In this document: piece after piece, positions 30,776 through 40,990 of the stretch
How positions within the stretch are numbered: position 1 is the stretch's first letter
How the letters are laid out: every line of letters starts with the position of its first letter
DNA from: Clostridiales bacterium UBA1701
GTDB lineage: Bacteria > Bacillota > Clostridia > Oscillospirales > Oscillospiraceae
Length of the DNA stretch: 64,000 nucleotides
Direction of reading: 5' to 3'
NCBI GenBank assembly: GCA_002320035.1
Contig: DCJL01000017.1
Coordinates: forward strand, 45,120 to 109,119
Made by a program: the position numbers and the translations under genes
The notes under the pieces: model-generated
What the model was told of the DNA's origin: nothing
Databases searched by the model: none
The model's input: the letters and a program-made list of their open reading frames with translations, nothing else

Positions 30776-31930
30776 CTATGAATTCAATTCAATATAATCG
30801 AGCGCAGCTTCTAAAACATCAAAGTCTTCATCAGTGTTAAAGTAGCTTACGCTGAATCTAACAGTTCCTGCAGGAAAAGTACCAATGAATTTATGTGCAG
30901 TCGGTGCACAGTGAAGTCCGGTTCTGACAGCAACATTCTGTTCGCTGAGAATCTGCCCTATATTATCGCTACCATATCCATCAAACAAACACGAAACGAC
31001 ACCTATCGACTCTGCATCGATAGTATCAATAATCCTGATATTCTCATACCTTGAAAGAAGTTCAACAAGACGCTTAAAGTTTTCCTGCTCTTTCTCATAG
31101 ATATTTTGAATACCTGTTTCTTTAATCCATTTAAGAGAGGCATTTAATCCTGCAATGGCAGCAATATCAGGACTTGCAACCTCATATCGCTCCGGAACAC
31201 TTTCCGGTAACGCTTGATTAGCAGATTCCACACCGGTACCGCCAAACAAAAGCGGTTGAGGTTTTATTGCAAAACTGCTGACAACACCTGCAACGCCAAG
31301 CGGCGAGTACAATGTCTTATGCCCTGCAAACACGGCAAAGTCTATATCCTCACCACTTAGGTCGGTATCAACAAGGCCCGCTGTTTGGCACATATCAACG
31401 ATATTAATAGACCCAAACTCTTTTGATAGGTGACAAAGCTCCTTAATCGGAGATACCACACCGCAGACATTACTCGCATGGCTTACTACCATCCAATTAG
31501 GCTTTTTCTCAGCAAACTGATTACGAATCCTTGCAATATCATAGGTCATTGTCACCTTGTCAAAACAGAGCGTTTCAACCTGAATATCATACATCGACTG
31601 CAAATGATAAAGAACACGGGTAACTGCATTATGCTCAAAAGGAGAAATGTAAACCGTGTAGTTATCGTTAATAAGCAATCCTCTTAGAATAAGGTTTATT
31701 GCCTCTGTTGCAGTATGAGTATAAACAACCTTCTTTGCAGGACAATGAAACAGTTCTAAAAGCAGTTCTCTTGTTTCCTGAACGAGAGCCGATGCTCTGG
31801 AAGCGAGCTTATGCTGACCCCTGCCAACATTCACGCCGCACTCACGGTAGAATTGATCTGTAAAATTATATACGCATTCCGGTTTCGGAAATGTTGTTGC
31901 AGCATTATCAAAGTATGCCACCTTTTCCAT
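30776..31930 (-). CDS. sspA: Class V aminotransferase-fold cysteine desulfurase (SspA/DndA-like)
   Basis: YFDNAATTFP, the SHASNVCG region, GHKTLYSPLG (PLP lysine) and GLHCAP (catalytic Cys loop). AAGGAG RBS before the ATG at 31930. Confidence 0.8.
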   Translation of the reverse strand: MEKVAYFDNAATTFPKPECVYNFTDQFYRECGVNVGRGQHKLASRASALVQETRELLLELFHCPAKKVVYTHTATEAINLILRGLLINDNYTVYISPFEHNAVTRVLYHLQSMYDIQVETLCFDKVTMTYDIARIRNQFAEKKPNWMVVSHASNVCGVVSPIKELCHLSKEFGSINIVDMCQTAGLVDTDLSGEDIDFAVFAGHKTLYSPLGVAGVVSSFAIKPQPLLFGGTGVESANQALPESVPERYEVASPDIAAIAGLNASLKWIKETGIQNIYEKEQENFKRLVELLSRYENIRIIDTIDAESIGVVSCLFDGYGSDNIGQILSEQNVAVRTGLHCAPTAHKFIGTFPAGTVRFSVSYFNTDEDFDVLEAALDYIELNS

Positions 31931-31944
31931 GCATCTCACTCCTT

Positions 31945-34900
31945 TCAACAAAGCTTTTCAAGAATTTCAATAAGGATCTGTCTCTTCTCCTGTTCAGTAA
32001 TGGACTGACCCATTTCGTCAATAGAATTGGTAATTTCATTATAGAGTAGTTTGGCTCTGTTGCTGTATTCGCTTCTGTTAAAGGTCTTGACTACCTCTCT
32101 GCCCTCACTATCAGTTGTGATCAACTTATAGGAATCAGCAGCGGAAGTTTCGTCAATAATCTGCGAGTCGTACTCCTCAATAGTTTCTTTAAAAACAGTA
32201 AGGTCTTTGATGAAGATTGCAATAGTTCCTTCGTTCCAGTCCTCTACTCTAAGAGCAGTTACTGCCTTAGCAAGGCGCTGTGTGAAGGTTGTTTCGTCAT
32301 TGGTAATCGTCTTCATCAAATCAAGAATCTGATTCTCACTGTTCGCAAATAGATGCTGTATAGTTGTCTCCTTCAAAGAAGAATACCAATCCTGAATGAT
32401 TGAAGTAAGCGAACCTCTTACATCCTGGCCTTTGGGAGTAAAAAGGATCTTAAGATCAGAAACAAGTGCTTTAAGCAGCGATACAATAGCAACGTCATAC
32501 TCTTTTTTTGTCTGAGCGATATTATCAACTACATCAGCACTAAACTCTTTAAATCCAAAGAGCGCAAACACCTTTTCAAACAAGTATTCTCTCGGGTTAA
32601 TATCAAGCTGCTTCAAACTGTTTACAAATTTACGGTGGCTAGCGGAAATAGTCTTAAACTCTTCCTTACCTTTATAAGTCTTTGTCATTTCCTTGGCGAA
32701 CTTTGGCAAAGACATATACCAGCGATTCATAGCAGAAACGATATAAGCAAAGCTATTATATACTTTTTCCTGCTCGTGAATAAACTCTTCAAACAATTGT
32801 TCGAGTTGAGCCAGATATGCAGTTTTTTCCTCGTTCCAGTCCTCAAGAACAACTGAATAATTGCTTGGGTTGTCATTGATTCCGTTAAGCAAATCTGCAG
32901 TTATTTTCTGTTCCGAATTACCCTTTTTAATAACCAGGTTGCTACGGTTCAGATGGATAATAGCTGCAATATAAATCGGAATAACACCGGTCTTAAGACC
33001 GATACCATATTCAGGTTTTGTCAGACGATCATACAATGTTGCGAAGTTCTGCTCACCATTAATACCTGCATTAGCAAAGAAGGTCTGAATAGTGCAGAGC
33101 ATATACTTCATATTCTCGTCTTCAGGTGCAACTACAATTTCAGGTGCTTCTGCGACATTCTTTACAACACCTGTCTGCACAAGGGTGCTTCTCATAATCG
33201 AAACATCCTGACCCGTACCGGAAAGTCCAAGATTCGGTTCAAGCTCAGTGCTCAGCAGTCCATTAAGGAGCTTTGCTCTGCTGTTGATAGCCACTGTTGG
33301 CAAAATATTTTTGTTGATAGACTCATTATTAATAATCGGAGCATGTGGGTAGACTTTCTCACAAATCTCAGAGAGAAGAGCTGACATCTGAGCCTTACGG
33401 AAGACAGCAACCTTCTTGCCAGCATAGTAATAGTCAGCACCACCGGTCTCGGGTCGAGCATAAGAAAAAATGAACGAGCCGATAACTTCTTCGAGATCCT
33501 CAATATAAATCTCATATTCATCTTTCAAAAGTTCATCGTCTACAACGAGGTTTTTAAGTTCACAAACTGCACTGTATTCAAAAGCGACCTTCTCAATATA
33601 GATAAACTTCTTAGGCAAGCAGAATACAACTCTTTCCCCGTATGTATCGGATGTAATCTTCTTTGAAATCTTCGCAATATCTTCCTTATTTTCAGGAATT
33701 ACTGCATATATCACACCGTCAGCCATTGTATCCGAGATTTTTAAATTCCAATCTTCTGTGGACCAAAATTCCTTACTGTCAATGAAAAGAAAATCAAAAT
33801 AACGGGTAATCTCGTGCTCGTCGTTGTATCTGGTAGGATACATATAACTGTCGAAAGAAGAGTTATTGAGAACATCCTTTACTCTTAAAGTTGCCTTATT
33901 ACTCTCTATCCTTTTTTCGATTTCACCGGGAATATCAACACCGCTGCTCTCTTTGAGCTTCAAGTAGTTATTGCTTCTCTTGAGATAAACAATGCAATCC
34001 TTGTTTATAAGTTCTTCAAGTGCATTGCTGATTTCCTTTGTATCTGTAACACTCTCACGAAAGGCATCAACGATGATGTCGTATACAGGAGGCAGTTTCT
34101 CATACTGCTCAACCATGTAAATTAAGGAAATAGTTTTGATAATCCTCGCGTGAATAGAACCACCGTCAAGCTTCTGTAGAATATTAGAAGTGAGTTTATA
34201 AATTTTATGAATCTCACTGGTATAAACCTCTTTTCGGAAAAGGGGTTCAAAATAATCGTACAGATAATCAGGTGTCAATAACGGGAACTCACCGTCTGCA
34301 CTCTCAAGGAAAGAAGACAGAGTATGCTTTTCCTGAGAGGACAAAAAAGTAAACAAGGTTCTTTCGTTTTGAGCAACTTTTTCAGAAAGACGCGGCAGAA
34401 TAAAGGTCGATACCGGATGCAAAGGATAGCAACCGTAAATAGCAGAGTTCACGCCTTCCGTATCCTTGCCGTCGATCAAACCGTTTGCAACATAGCGTTC
34501 CTTGAGATCCTCAAGCTGTGGCTTGTATTTAGATACAAAATCCTTCCAGAAATCAGGATCCTTCTTGATAACAGCAGAAATAATTTCATACATCTGCGCA
34601 AAGTTGTTGTGAAGTGTTGTATGCTTAAAGCGACCGGACACACCTCTCCAACCGTCTACTTTCTCTTTAGGCAGATTGTTGTCGATATAGTTTGAGATAT
34701 CCTTATGGCAAATGAGCATAAGGTGCATCTGCTTTTTACCACTACGTACACATTTCTCTGCAAAATCCTGCAACAGCTTAATATCGCTGATTGTGGCGTT
34801 ACCTATGCTCGATTCAAGATATTTACTAAACTCATCATAAACAATGTAAACTCCGTCATACCCGACCTCACATAGCTTGTCTACAACCTTTTCGTAGAGC

Positions 34901-35565
34901 TCCACAACATCGAAACCAAGGAAAGGATTGAAACTACTGCCGGAAGTCAGGCTCGGATATAATTCGACGAATTTTTCATACGCCTCAACATTGTATTCCT
35001 TTAAGGAAAGAATGAACTGTTCAATAGGTTCATTTAAGGCTTCTAAAAACTTATTATAGGTTTCAGGGTAATCTTTCTTCCAACTCTCAATCGCATTGAC
35101 AGACGCCTTAAAATGAGTTTCAGGCATAATGTCGCTGAGGTTTTCGTCATTAAGTGCCTGTTGCAAAGCAAAAAGGAATGACTGAGTAAGACTTGCGCTA
35201 CTGCCTCCGACAACAATGGGAAGCAGCTTTCTTCCACTGTCAATAAACTCATTCGTATAGTCATAGAGTTTCGGATTGCTTGTCTTCATCTTTTCGAGCA
35301 AATTAGCAAAAAGCGCCTTATCTTTCTTATAGAGAAGAGAAAGCAAAACAAGAATAATATGAGATTTTCCACGTCCGTAGGCACCAATAAGGATTCTTGC
35401 TCTTTCAGTAGAATTCGGCGCCGTACTCAGCATAACATCCTCAATGATGTCTAACGAGGACATGGTAGGAATAAATCCGGAAATCTTACCCGTGTTATTC
35501 AGATCATACGCGATATTTACAGAAGTCTGAAAACCTTTTGCTACATCTATTTTATTGTTAAACAC
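31945..35565 (-). CDS. sspC: Large P-loop ATPase, BrxC/PglY (DUF499)-like; SspC-like
   Basis: 1206 aa with Walker A (GAYGRGKSH) near the N-terminus. It sits between the DUF4007-like and desulfurase genes. Confidence 0.65.
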   Translation of the reverse strand: MFNNKIDVAKGFQTSVNIAYDLNNTGKISGFIPTMSSLDIIEDVMLSTAPNSTERARILIGAYGRGKSHIILVLLSLLYKKDKALFANLLEKMKTSNPKLYDYTNEFIDSGRKLLPIVVGGSSASLTQSFLFALQQALNDENLSDIMPETHFKASVNAIESWKKDYPETYNKFLEALNEPIEQFILSLKEYNVEAYEKFVELYPSLTSGSSFNPFLGFDVVELYEKVVDKLCEVGYDGVYIVYDEFSKYLESSIGNATISDIKLLQDFAEKCVRSGKKQMHLMLICHKDISNYIDNNLPKEKVDGWRGVSGRFKHTTLHNNFAQMYEIISAVIKKDPDFWKDFVSKYKPQLEDLKERYVANGLIDGKDTEGVNSAIYGCYPLHPVSTFILPRLSEKVAQNERTLFTFLSSQEKHTLSSFLESADGEFPLLTPDYLYDYFEPLFRKEVYTSEIHKIYKLTSNILQKLDGGSIHARIIKTISLIYMVEQYEKLPPVYDIIVDAFRESVTDTKEISNALEELINKDCIVYLKRSNNYLKLKESSGVDIPGEIEKRIESNKATLRVKDVLNNSSFDSYMYPTRYNDEHEITRYFDFLFIDSKEFWSTEDWNLKISDTMADGVIYAVIPENKEDIAKISKKITSDTYGERVVFCLPKKFIYIEKVAFEYSAVCELKNLVVDDELLKDEYEIYIEDLEEVIGSFIFSYARPETGGADYYYAGKKVAVFRKAQMSALLSEICEKVYPHAPIINNESINKNILPTVAINSRAKLLNGLLSTELEPNLGLSGTGQDVSIMRSTLVQTGVVKNVAEAPEIVVAPEDENMKYMLCTIQTFFANAGINGEQNFATLYDRLTKPEYGIGLKTGVIPIYIAAIIHLNRSNLVIKKGNSEQKITADLLNGINDNPSNYSVVLEDWNEEKTAYLAQLEQLFEEFIHEQEKVYNSFAYIVSAMNRWYMSLPKFAKEMTKTYKGKEEFKTISASHRKFVNSLKQLDINPREYLFEKVFALFGFKEFSADVVDNIAQTKKEYDVAIVSLLKALVSDLKILFTPKGQDVRGSLTSIIQDWYSSLKETTIQHLFANSENQILDLMKTITNDETTFTQRLAKAVTALRVEDWNEGTIAIFIKDLTVFKETIEEYDSQIIDETSAADSYKLITTDSEGREVVKTFNRSEYSNRAKLLYNEITNSIDEMGQSITEQEKRQILIEILEKLC

Positions 35566-35583
35566 GGCAACAGCCTCCTGTCT

Positions 35584-36462
35584 TTATTTATTGATTGCCT
35601 TATAATACTCTTCCACACACTCAAGGAAGGTCATCGGCTTAGCAATGCGGATAACATCAAGTCCTGCTGTACGAACAACCTTGATGTATCCCATCAATTC
35701 GATTTTGTAGAGTAATGCTGTCAATGTGATTATATCAAGATTAAATATCTTACCGGCATTACATACATCATTCTGAATTGCAGAAATCTTAATTTCCTCT
35801 TCGCCGTTCGCCTGATCGAGAATAACAGCAAGCAGAACTAGAGGATGAAGAGTATCTTTCTTCGGAACAGATTTCTTATAAAGCTTTTCCTTTCGGTTGC
35901 TGATATCAATCAATCCGAGTTCACCAAGAGGACAATCAATATTGCTCTCCGGCTGAACTTTTTCAGGAGAAGATTTGATACGGGGTACATATGTGTTGAT
36001 GATGCAGTTATAATCATCTTCCAACGATCTTTCAGATACCTCTTCACCGTTAATCATAATGTAGTTAGAGAGCTGCTTTACAAAATCCTCCTTGTTAAAC
36101 TCACTCTGCTTGAACTCATTGTAAAAGAAGTACCAGGCAGTTGCTTCGTCTTTATTAGATGCAAGCATGTAATGCAGTAACCAAAGTGTACCCATTTCCT
36201 CAATGTAGGGGTCGTTCTTAAAAACGATCTCTCCAAAGGGTGTAAATGACTGCTCTCTACGTCCTGCATTTGGCTCCGTGGTAAGTTTGACTGCCTGCAG
36301 CCAATACCTCAATGCCTTTACCATGTTTGCACCGATTCCGAGAATATCCATAGGGTTACCTTTTGCTCCCATAAATACTGTCGGCTCTATTTTCACATTT
36401 CGCATACCTTTATTTAACCATCCTTTACGGATGAAAAAGGTATCGTGTGCTCTAAACTTCAT
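35584..36462 (-). CDS. sspB: DUF4007-type protein (SspB-like, the reported nickase of Ssp systems)
   Basis: 292 aa. The N-terminus FRAHDTFFIRKGWLNKG matches my memory of the DUF4007 signature. It lies between the PAPS-reductase and ATPase genes. Confidence 0.6.
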   Translation of the reverse strand: MKFRAHDTFFIRKGWLNKGMRNVKIEPTVFMGAKGNPMDILGIGANMVKALRYWLQAVKLTTEPNAGRREQSFTPFGEIVFKNDPYIEEMGTLWLLHYMLASNKDEATAWYFFYNEFKQSEFNKEDFVKQLSNYIMINGEEVSERSLEDDYNCIINTYVPRIKSSPEKVQPESNIDCPLGELGLIDISNRKEKLYKKSVPKKDTLHPLVLLAVILDQANGEEEIKISAIQNDVCNAGKIFNLDIITLTALLYKIELMGYIKVVRTAGLDVIRIAKPMTFLECVEEYYKAINK

Positions 36463-36474
36463 ATTCTTGCTCCT

Positions 36475-38193
36475 TTAGTCCTTAGTCTTCAGGTAACGGT
36501 CCATTAGGCAACCGCCATCTAAGTACTTTGCAGTAACACACATCTTGCACCTTTTGCATTTCTTATCGTTGATGTAATAGGTATCACCGATAATAGAGAT
36601 GGCACCGAATCTACAAAGGGACTCACACTTTAAGCACTTACGGCAAGCATTAAATTTCTTGATCTGATAACCAATCATTCTCTGCAAGTCATCGTGCTTT
36701 GCTACATTCATTGTTTTAACTTTTACCGCATATTCAAATCCGTCCTGTGAGAAGGGTTGAATTGAAATAATCGGCACATTAGTCTTAATGTCTACAACGA
36801 TTGTTTCGTTGATTAACTTGCGACCAAGCTCGGGGGCTATTCTTCCAAAGGGTGTAAACAAACCAATAAGGCAATCATCTACCGGTCGCTTCAGTTGATA
36901 TACTTTAGCATTTTCTTCGGTTGTGCAGTTGGTAAATTTAATCTTTACATCAGATGCTGCTGCCACACCGTTACCACCCTGACGAGCTTTCCACTTGCCA
37001 GAGTTAATATACTCTTCGGGGTCGGGCTTTCCGATGCGCTTTGCAAAATCAATCAGGAAACTATGCCACTTCTCATACTGCTCAGGCATATATATCTGAG
37101 AAAGGAATTCTGCACGAATGTTATTGTTCGGGCAACACCAACAGCCAACACGATCGTATCCCAAACGATATGCATCATTAAATTCAACTTCTTCACCGAG
37201 AAGATAAAGCCAAATATCAATATCTTTCCAGAAGAAGATAGGTGTTGCAACCGTCTGCTGCTGAATCTTTGTAGACTCAGCATTATCTTCTATTCGGTTG
37301 TATTTACTTCTGCTTACGGATTCGCATTTGCGGATGCCGTAGTAAGTCAGAATACTCTTATCTCTGTAAAGGCTAGAAATAACGCGAGAAATAGGTCCTG
37401 TCTTAAACATAAAACAGCACCAACGAAGCATTCTTGCCGGAGGTCCAATGTCCTCACAGACCTCGTAGAAATTCTGCTCCTTATTTTTGGCAACCTTGAA
37501 GATAGCCTTAGGATTATTCTTCTTAAATCGCTCAGCATATTCAATCGTGAACGGGAACTCAAGGGTGGTATTACCGAAGATATGTACAAGACTAGGATCC
37601 GAAAGTGCTTTTACCACTAGATCAGCGGTTACCGTGGAATCCTTACCACCGGAGAAGGACAGAACAATGTTTTCACGAGGGTATTTAGCTGCCGACTCCT
37701 GAATAAAGATATTTGCTTCATACTTCAGGTAATCAAGGCGACCTTGGTTCGCTCTGATAAAGGTTGCTATGTTCTTATTAAAGAAATCGTAGTTATTCTG
37801 TTCCTTGTATTTTTCGAGTTGTTCTCTGATATACGCGGCTGAATACTTCTTATACCACGCAGCAGTTACAACTATAGGTTTTCCATCTATATAATAGCGA
37901 TTATTTGACGCCCATACGCTTTTTTTGATATAGGCAAGTGGCTTGTCCGAGAGAATTTCTAAAAGCAAACGCTCTTCCGGGAATACAGGTCTTAAGTCTG
38001 CAACTAGATACGATGTATTACCACCACAAAGAGGACAAGTATCACGGTCTGCGCCGTTTACTGCTTTGATAAGCGGAACCTTGCATTTATCACACCAGTG
38101 CAGTTCATAAGGAATATCTTCCTCGGTCTTTATTCCGCAAACACTGCAAATTTCTTCATCGGTTTCACGGTTACAATTCTTGCACCACACCAA
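36475..38193 (-). CDS. sspD: PAPS-reductase/ATP-pyrophosphatase family protein with N-terminal zinc ribbons and a C-terminal Cys-rich (ferredoxin-like) tail; SspD/DndC-like
   Basis: SFSGGKDSTV (PP-loop), N-terminal CKNC..CSVC..CDKC..CPLC and C-terminal CRKCLKCESLC...CKRCKMC. Confidence 0.8.
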   Translation of the reverse strand: MVWCKNCNRETDEEICSVCGIKTEEDIPYELHWCDKCKVPLIKAVNGADRDTCPLCGGNTSYLVADLRPVFPEERLLLEILSDKPLAYIKKSVWASNNRYYIDGKPIVVTAAWYKKYSAAYIREQLEKYKEQNNYDFFNKNIATFIRANQGRLDYLKYEANIFIQESAAKYPRENIVLSFSGGKDSTVTADLVVKALSDPSLVHIFGNTTLEFPFTIEYAERFKKNNPKAIFKVAKNKEQNFYEVCEDIGPPARMLRWCCFMFKTGPISRVISSLYRDKSILTYYGIRKCESVSRSKYNRIEDNAESTKIQQQTVATPIFFWKDIDIWLYLLGEEVEFNDAYRLGYDRVGCWCCPNNNIRAEFLSQIYMPEQYEKWHSFLIDFAKRIGKPDPEEYINSGKWKARQGGNGVAAASDVKIKFTNCTTEENAKVYQLKRPVDDCLIGLFTPFGRIAPELGRKLINETIVVDIKTNVPIISIQPFSQDGFEYAVKVKTMNVAKHDDLQRMIGYQIKKFNACRKCLKCESLCRFGAISIIGDTYYINDKKCKRCKMCVTAKYLDGGCLMDRYLKTKD

Positions 38194-38292
38194 TAATCAC
38201 CTCCGTTCTAACAATATCACATTTTATGTCCGATAAAACGGACATTGTGGTGACACGCCCCCTGTCAAGTAGACATTTTTTGTGGACACCTG

Positions 38293-39312
38293 TTATGCGG
38301 TATAAGCATAACGGACTTCCATTGGGGTTTGTCCTGTCTTGAGCTGTATTCGCTCATTGTTGTAAAAATAAATATATTCATCCACAAGTTCTTTGGCTTC
38401 GTCAAAGGTTTGTGGCTTTGCTCTGTAAATACACTCTGTCTTCAGCATGCTGAAGAAGTTTTCGGCGCAGGCATTGTCGTAGGGACACCCAACCGATGAC
38501 ATAGACGGTTTAATACCGTTTGCTTTGGCAACGTTGTAATATGCCTGAGAGGTGTATTGAAATCCATTGTCACTGTGCAGGATAAGCTCTCCGGAGGGCT
38601 TGGCGTTTTTCACTGCCGCACGTACCGTTTCAATCACCAAACTTGCCGGCATTTGCGTTGCATATTTGTAGCCCACAATACTGTTGTCATACAGATCCTT
38701 AATCATAGAAAGATACAAGAAACCCTGCTTTGTTTGTATGTAGGAAATATCTGTTACCCACTTTTCATTCGGTCTCGTTGCCTTAAAGTTTCTCATCAAT
38801 TCATTGTTGTAATGGGTATAGGTGTTACAATCATAATGACGAAACCGTTTGCGTTTTCGTATAGCCAACAAGTTGTATTTGCGCATAATTCGCAAAACTG
38901 CTTTGTGGTTGATGACAAGCCCTGTTTCTCTCAGCAGCCACATCTTAACACGGCGATAACCGTAGGTTCTATGCGCTTTTCCATGGCATTCCACGATTAA
39001 ATCCGCAATTACTTTGTCCTTGTCAGGTTCATCTTTTCGCTTCAACCATTTGTAATATCCGCTACGGGATACTTCCAGCAGCTTGCAGAGTTCTTCGACC
39101 GTAAAACGATCTCTGAACCTATGAATCACTTTGTACCGGAGTTCTTTGCATCCCACCTTTCGCACTCTTCCCGAAAAGCCCGTAATACCTCGTTTTCCAT
39201 TTCTAATTGGCGTATCTTTTCTTCTGGTGTGTTCGGCTGCGGCTTTCTCGGTCTGCCTCTTTTGCGGGCACTTAGTCCTTCTTCTCCTCGCTTTTGGTAG
39301 TCCTGAAACCAC
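38293..39312 (-). CDS. IS3 transposase OrfB (DDE/rve integrase core), probably made as an OrfAB frameshift fusion
   Basis: NEKWVTDISY (D), HSDNGFQYTS (D) and NACAENFFSMLKTE (E), an rve-type catalytic triad. Confidence 0.85.
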   Translation of the reverse strand: MVSGLPKARRRRTKCPQKRQTEKAAAEHTRRKDTPIRNGKRGITGFSGRVRKVGCKELRYKVIHRFRDRFTVEELCKLLEVSRSGYYKWLKRKDEPDKDKVIADLIVECHGKAHRTYGYRRVKMWLLRETGLVINHKAVLRIMRKYNLLAIRKRKRFRHYDCNTYTHYNNELMRNFKATRPNEKWVTDISYIQTKQGFLYLSMIKDLYDNSIVGYKYATQMPASLVIETVRAAVKNAKPSGELILHSDNGFQYTSQAYYNVAKANGIKPSMSSVGCPYDNACAENFFSMLKTECIYRAKPQTFDEAKELVDEYIYFYNNERIQLKTGQTPMEVRYAYTA

Positions 39313-39596
39313 TGCTTGAGCATACGGTATTGGATGCCGGTTTCTCTCGTCAGATCAGCAACGGATATACCATCCTCAAAGTGGCGTTTAATTACTTTTC
39401 GCTTGTATTCTGCTGAGTAATATTTTGTGTTTTTTAGCGATTCCTTACCGTTTTGACGGTAGTCGCGAAGAATGTAACACAGATAGCTTTTTCTGATGTC
39501 ATATTCCTCACAAATCGCTTTTAATGTCTTATGGTTTTCCTCATGCTCTCGAATGATGGTAATCTTTTCTTCGTAACTAAACTGGTATTTTCCCAT
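39126..39596 (-). CDS. IS3 transposase OrfA (HTH)
   Basis: 156 aa with two HTH-like segments and a leucine-zipper-like end. It overlaps orfB in the -1 frame. Confidence 0.8.
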   Translation of the reverse strand: MGKYQFSYEEKITIIREHEENHKTLKAICEEYDIRKSYLCYILRDYRQNGKESLKNTKYYSAEYKRKVIKRHFEDGISVADLTRETGIQYRMLKQWFQDYQKRGEEGLSARKRGRPRKPQPNTPEEKIRQLEMENEVLRAFREECERWDAKNSGTK

Positions 39597-39682
39597 TTTC
39601 CTTCAACTCCTTGACTCTTTTATTATACATCAAGGTGTCCAATATTTTAATGTCTACTTTTTAGGTATCATATCATGGTTAG

Positions 39683-40990
39683 CTAATAATCTTTAATCTT
39701 ATTAATCTGTTCTATTGCATACAGCGGCAGATTCAAAAGCCAATCTTCCTTCTTATAATCAGCCATTGAAGTACGAACAGACAATTCAGGTTCAAACCTC
39801 TCTCGATAGGTTTTGAGACTCTTTGCTCTCAGGTTCGTTTCGGCTTTTACTTCAATAGGAACAATCTGTTCACCGGTATCAACGACAAAATCAATTTCGC
39901 AAGAGCCTCTGTCATTGGTGTAATAGTAAATGCCTAAATCTTCAATCGTTTTTAATTGCTGGCAAACATATTGTTCGGTCAAAGCTCCTTTGAATTCAAC
40001 GAAAAGGTCATCGCCGTCAAGAAGTGTACGCTGACGAAGACCTGTCATACATCCGAGGAGTCCAACATCGACTATGAAAAGTTTGAATGCTTTCAAATCC
40101 TCATAAGCTTTCAACGGAATGCCTGCCGCATTCACACGACTGACCTTGTGCACAAGTCCGCAATCGGAAAGCCACATAATCGCAGTTTCATATTCTCTTG
40201 CTCTGCCGCCTTCACGGACAAGACCATAAATAAACTTCTTATTTTCTCTTGCGAGCTGCGACGGAATACTGTTCCAAAGCATACGGATTTTCGGGACAAT
40301 CTCGTTCGGTGCGTGTTTTGAGAAGTCTTGTTCGTATGCCGCAAGGATTCTTTTCTGAATCGCACGAACCTCATTGAAATCTTTACTTTCGGCAAAACTT
40401 TGAACTGCTTCCGGCATACCGCCGACAAAATAGTAGTGTTTCAATGCGTCAATATATGTTTGCTTAAAGCTTGTGATCATTTCATAATCCTGCTTTTTCA
40501 AAAGCTCTGCAAAGCGTTCGTTGCCGGTTGCCATTAAAAACTCACCGAAAGAGAGAGGATAGAGCTTTAAGAAATCGACCTTGCCGACAGGGAATGAGGT
40601 GCCCTGATGTAAAGCAATTCCCAAAAGAGAACCGGCGCATACAATGTGATACTGCGGGGCGTTCTCATAAAAATATTTAAGAGAAGCAAGTGCTCTCGGA
40701 ACTTCTTGAACCTCGTCAAAAATCAGCAGGGTGTTGTCCGGATTGATTTTGCGTCCGGCATACAATTCCAGTCCCATAATCAGACGGTCTGTATCCAAGT
40801 CTGCTGAAAACAAATCCGCCATTCTTGAATTGGAATCGAAGTTAATATATACAGTATCCGCATAAGCCTGTTTACCAAACTCCTTCATCAGCCAAGTCTT
40901 GCCGACCTGTCTTGCACCTTCAATAATCAACGGCTTGCGGCGCTTACTGTTTTTCCATTTATATAATTTTTCAATCGCAATTCGGTACAT
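39683..40990 (-). CDS. AAA+ ATPase with a DUF4143-type C-terminal domain
   Basis: 435 aa with Walker A (GARQVGKTWL) and Walker B (LLIFDEVQ). This architecture is common for an orphan ATPase in mobile DNA. Confidence 0.7.
   Translation of the reverse strand: MYRIAIEKLYKWKNSKRRKPLIIEGARQVGKTWLMKEFGKQAYADTVYINFDSNSRMADLFSADLDTDRLIMGLELYAGRKINPDNTLLIFDEVQEVPRALASLKYFYENAPQYHIVCAGSLLGIALHQGTSFPVGKVDFLKLYPLSFGEFLMATGNERFAELLKKQDYEMITSFKQTYIDALKHYYFVGGMPEAVQSFAESKDFNEVRAIQKRILAAYEQDFSKHAPNEIVPKIRMLWNSIPSQLARENKKFIYGLVREGGRAREYETAIMWLSDCGLVHKVSRVNAAGIPLKAYEDLKAFKLFIVDVGLLGCMTGLRQRTLLDGDDLFVEFKGALTEQYVCQQLKTIEDLGIYYYTNDRGSCEIDFVVDTGEQIVPIEVKAETNLRAKSLKTYRERFEPELSVRTSMADYKKEDWLLNLPLYAIEQINKIKDY

Larger units (their letters stand above)
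38266..39659 (-). mobile_element. IS3-family insertion sequence (about 1.4 kb)
   Basis: Imperfect terminal inverted repeats AAGTAGACATT...GGACACC lie at both ends. Two overlapping transposase ORFs are present. Confidence 0.8.

Noticed and set aside
36895-37620. A 241-aa + strand ORF inside sspD, and other + strand ORFs across the AT-rich island (for example 32953-33384 and 34324-34695).
   Set aside because: They are antisense to motif-bearing genes, and their composition (I/F/L/N/K-rich with many Cys) is typical of AT-rich antisense frames.
24499-38193. Alternative classification of the defence operon as Dnd (DndABCDE-FGH) or BREX type 4.
   Set aside because: There is no DndB- or DndE-like gene and no PglZ or BrxL. 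The DUF4007-like gene next to the PAPS-reductase and DUF499-like ATPase fits Ssp. This still needs HMM confirmation.
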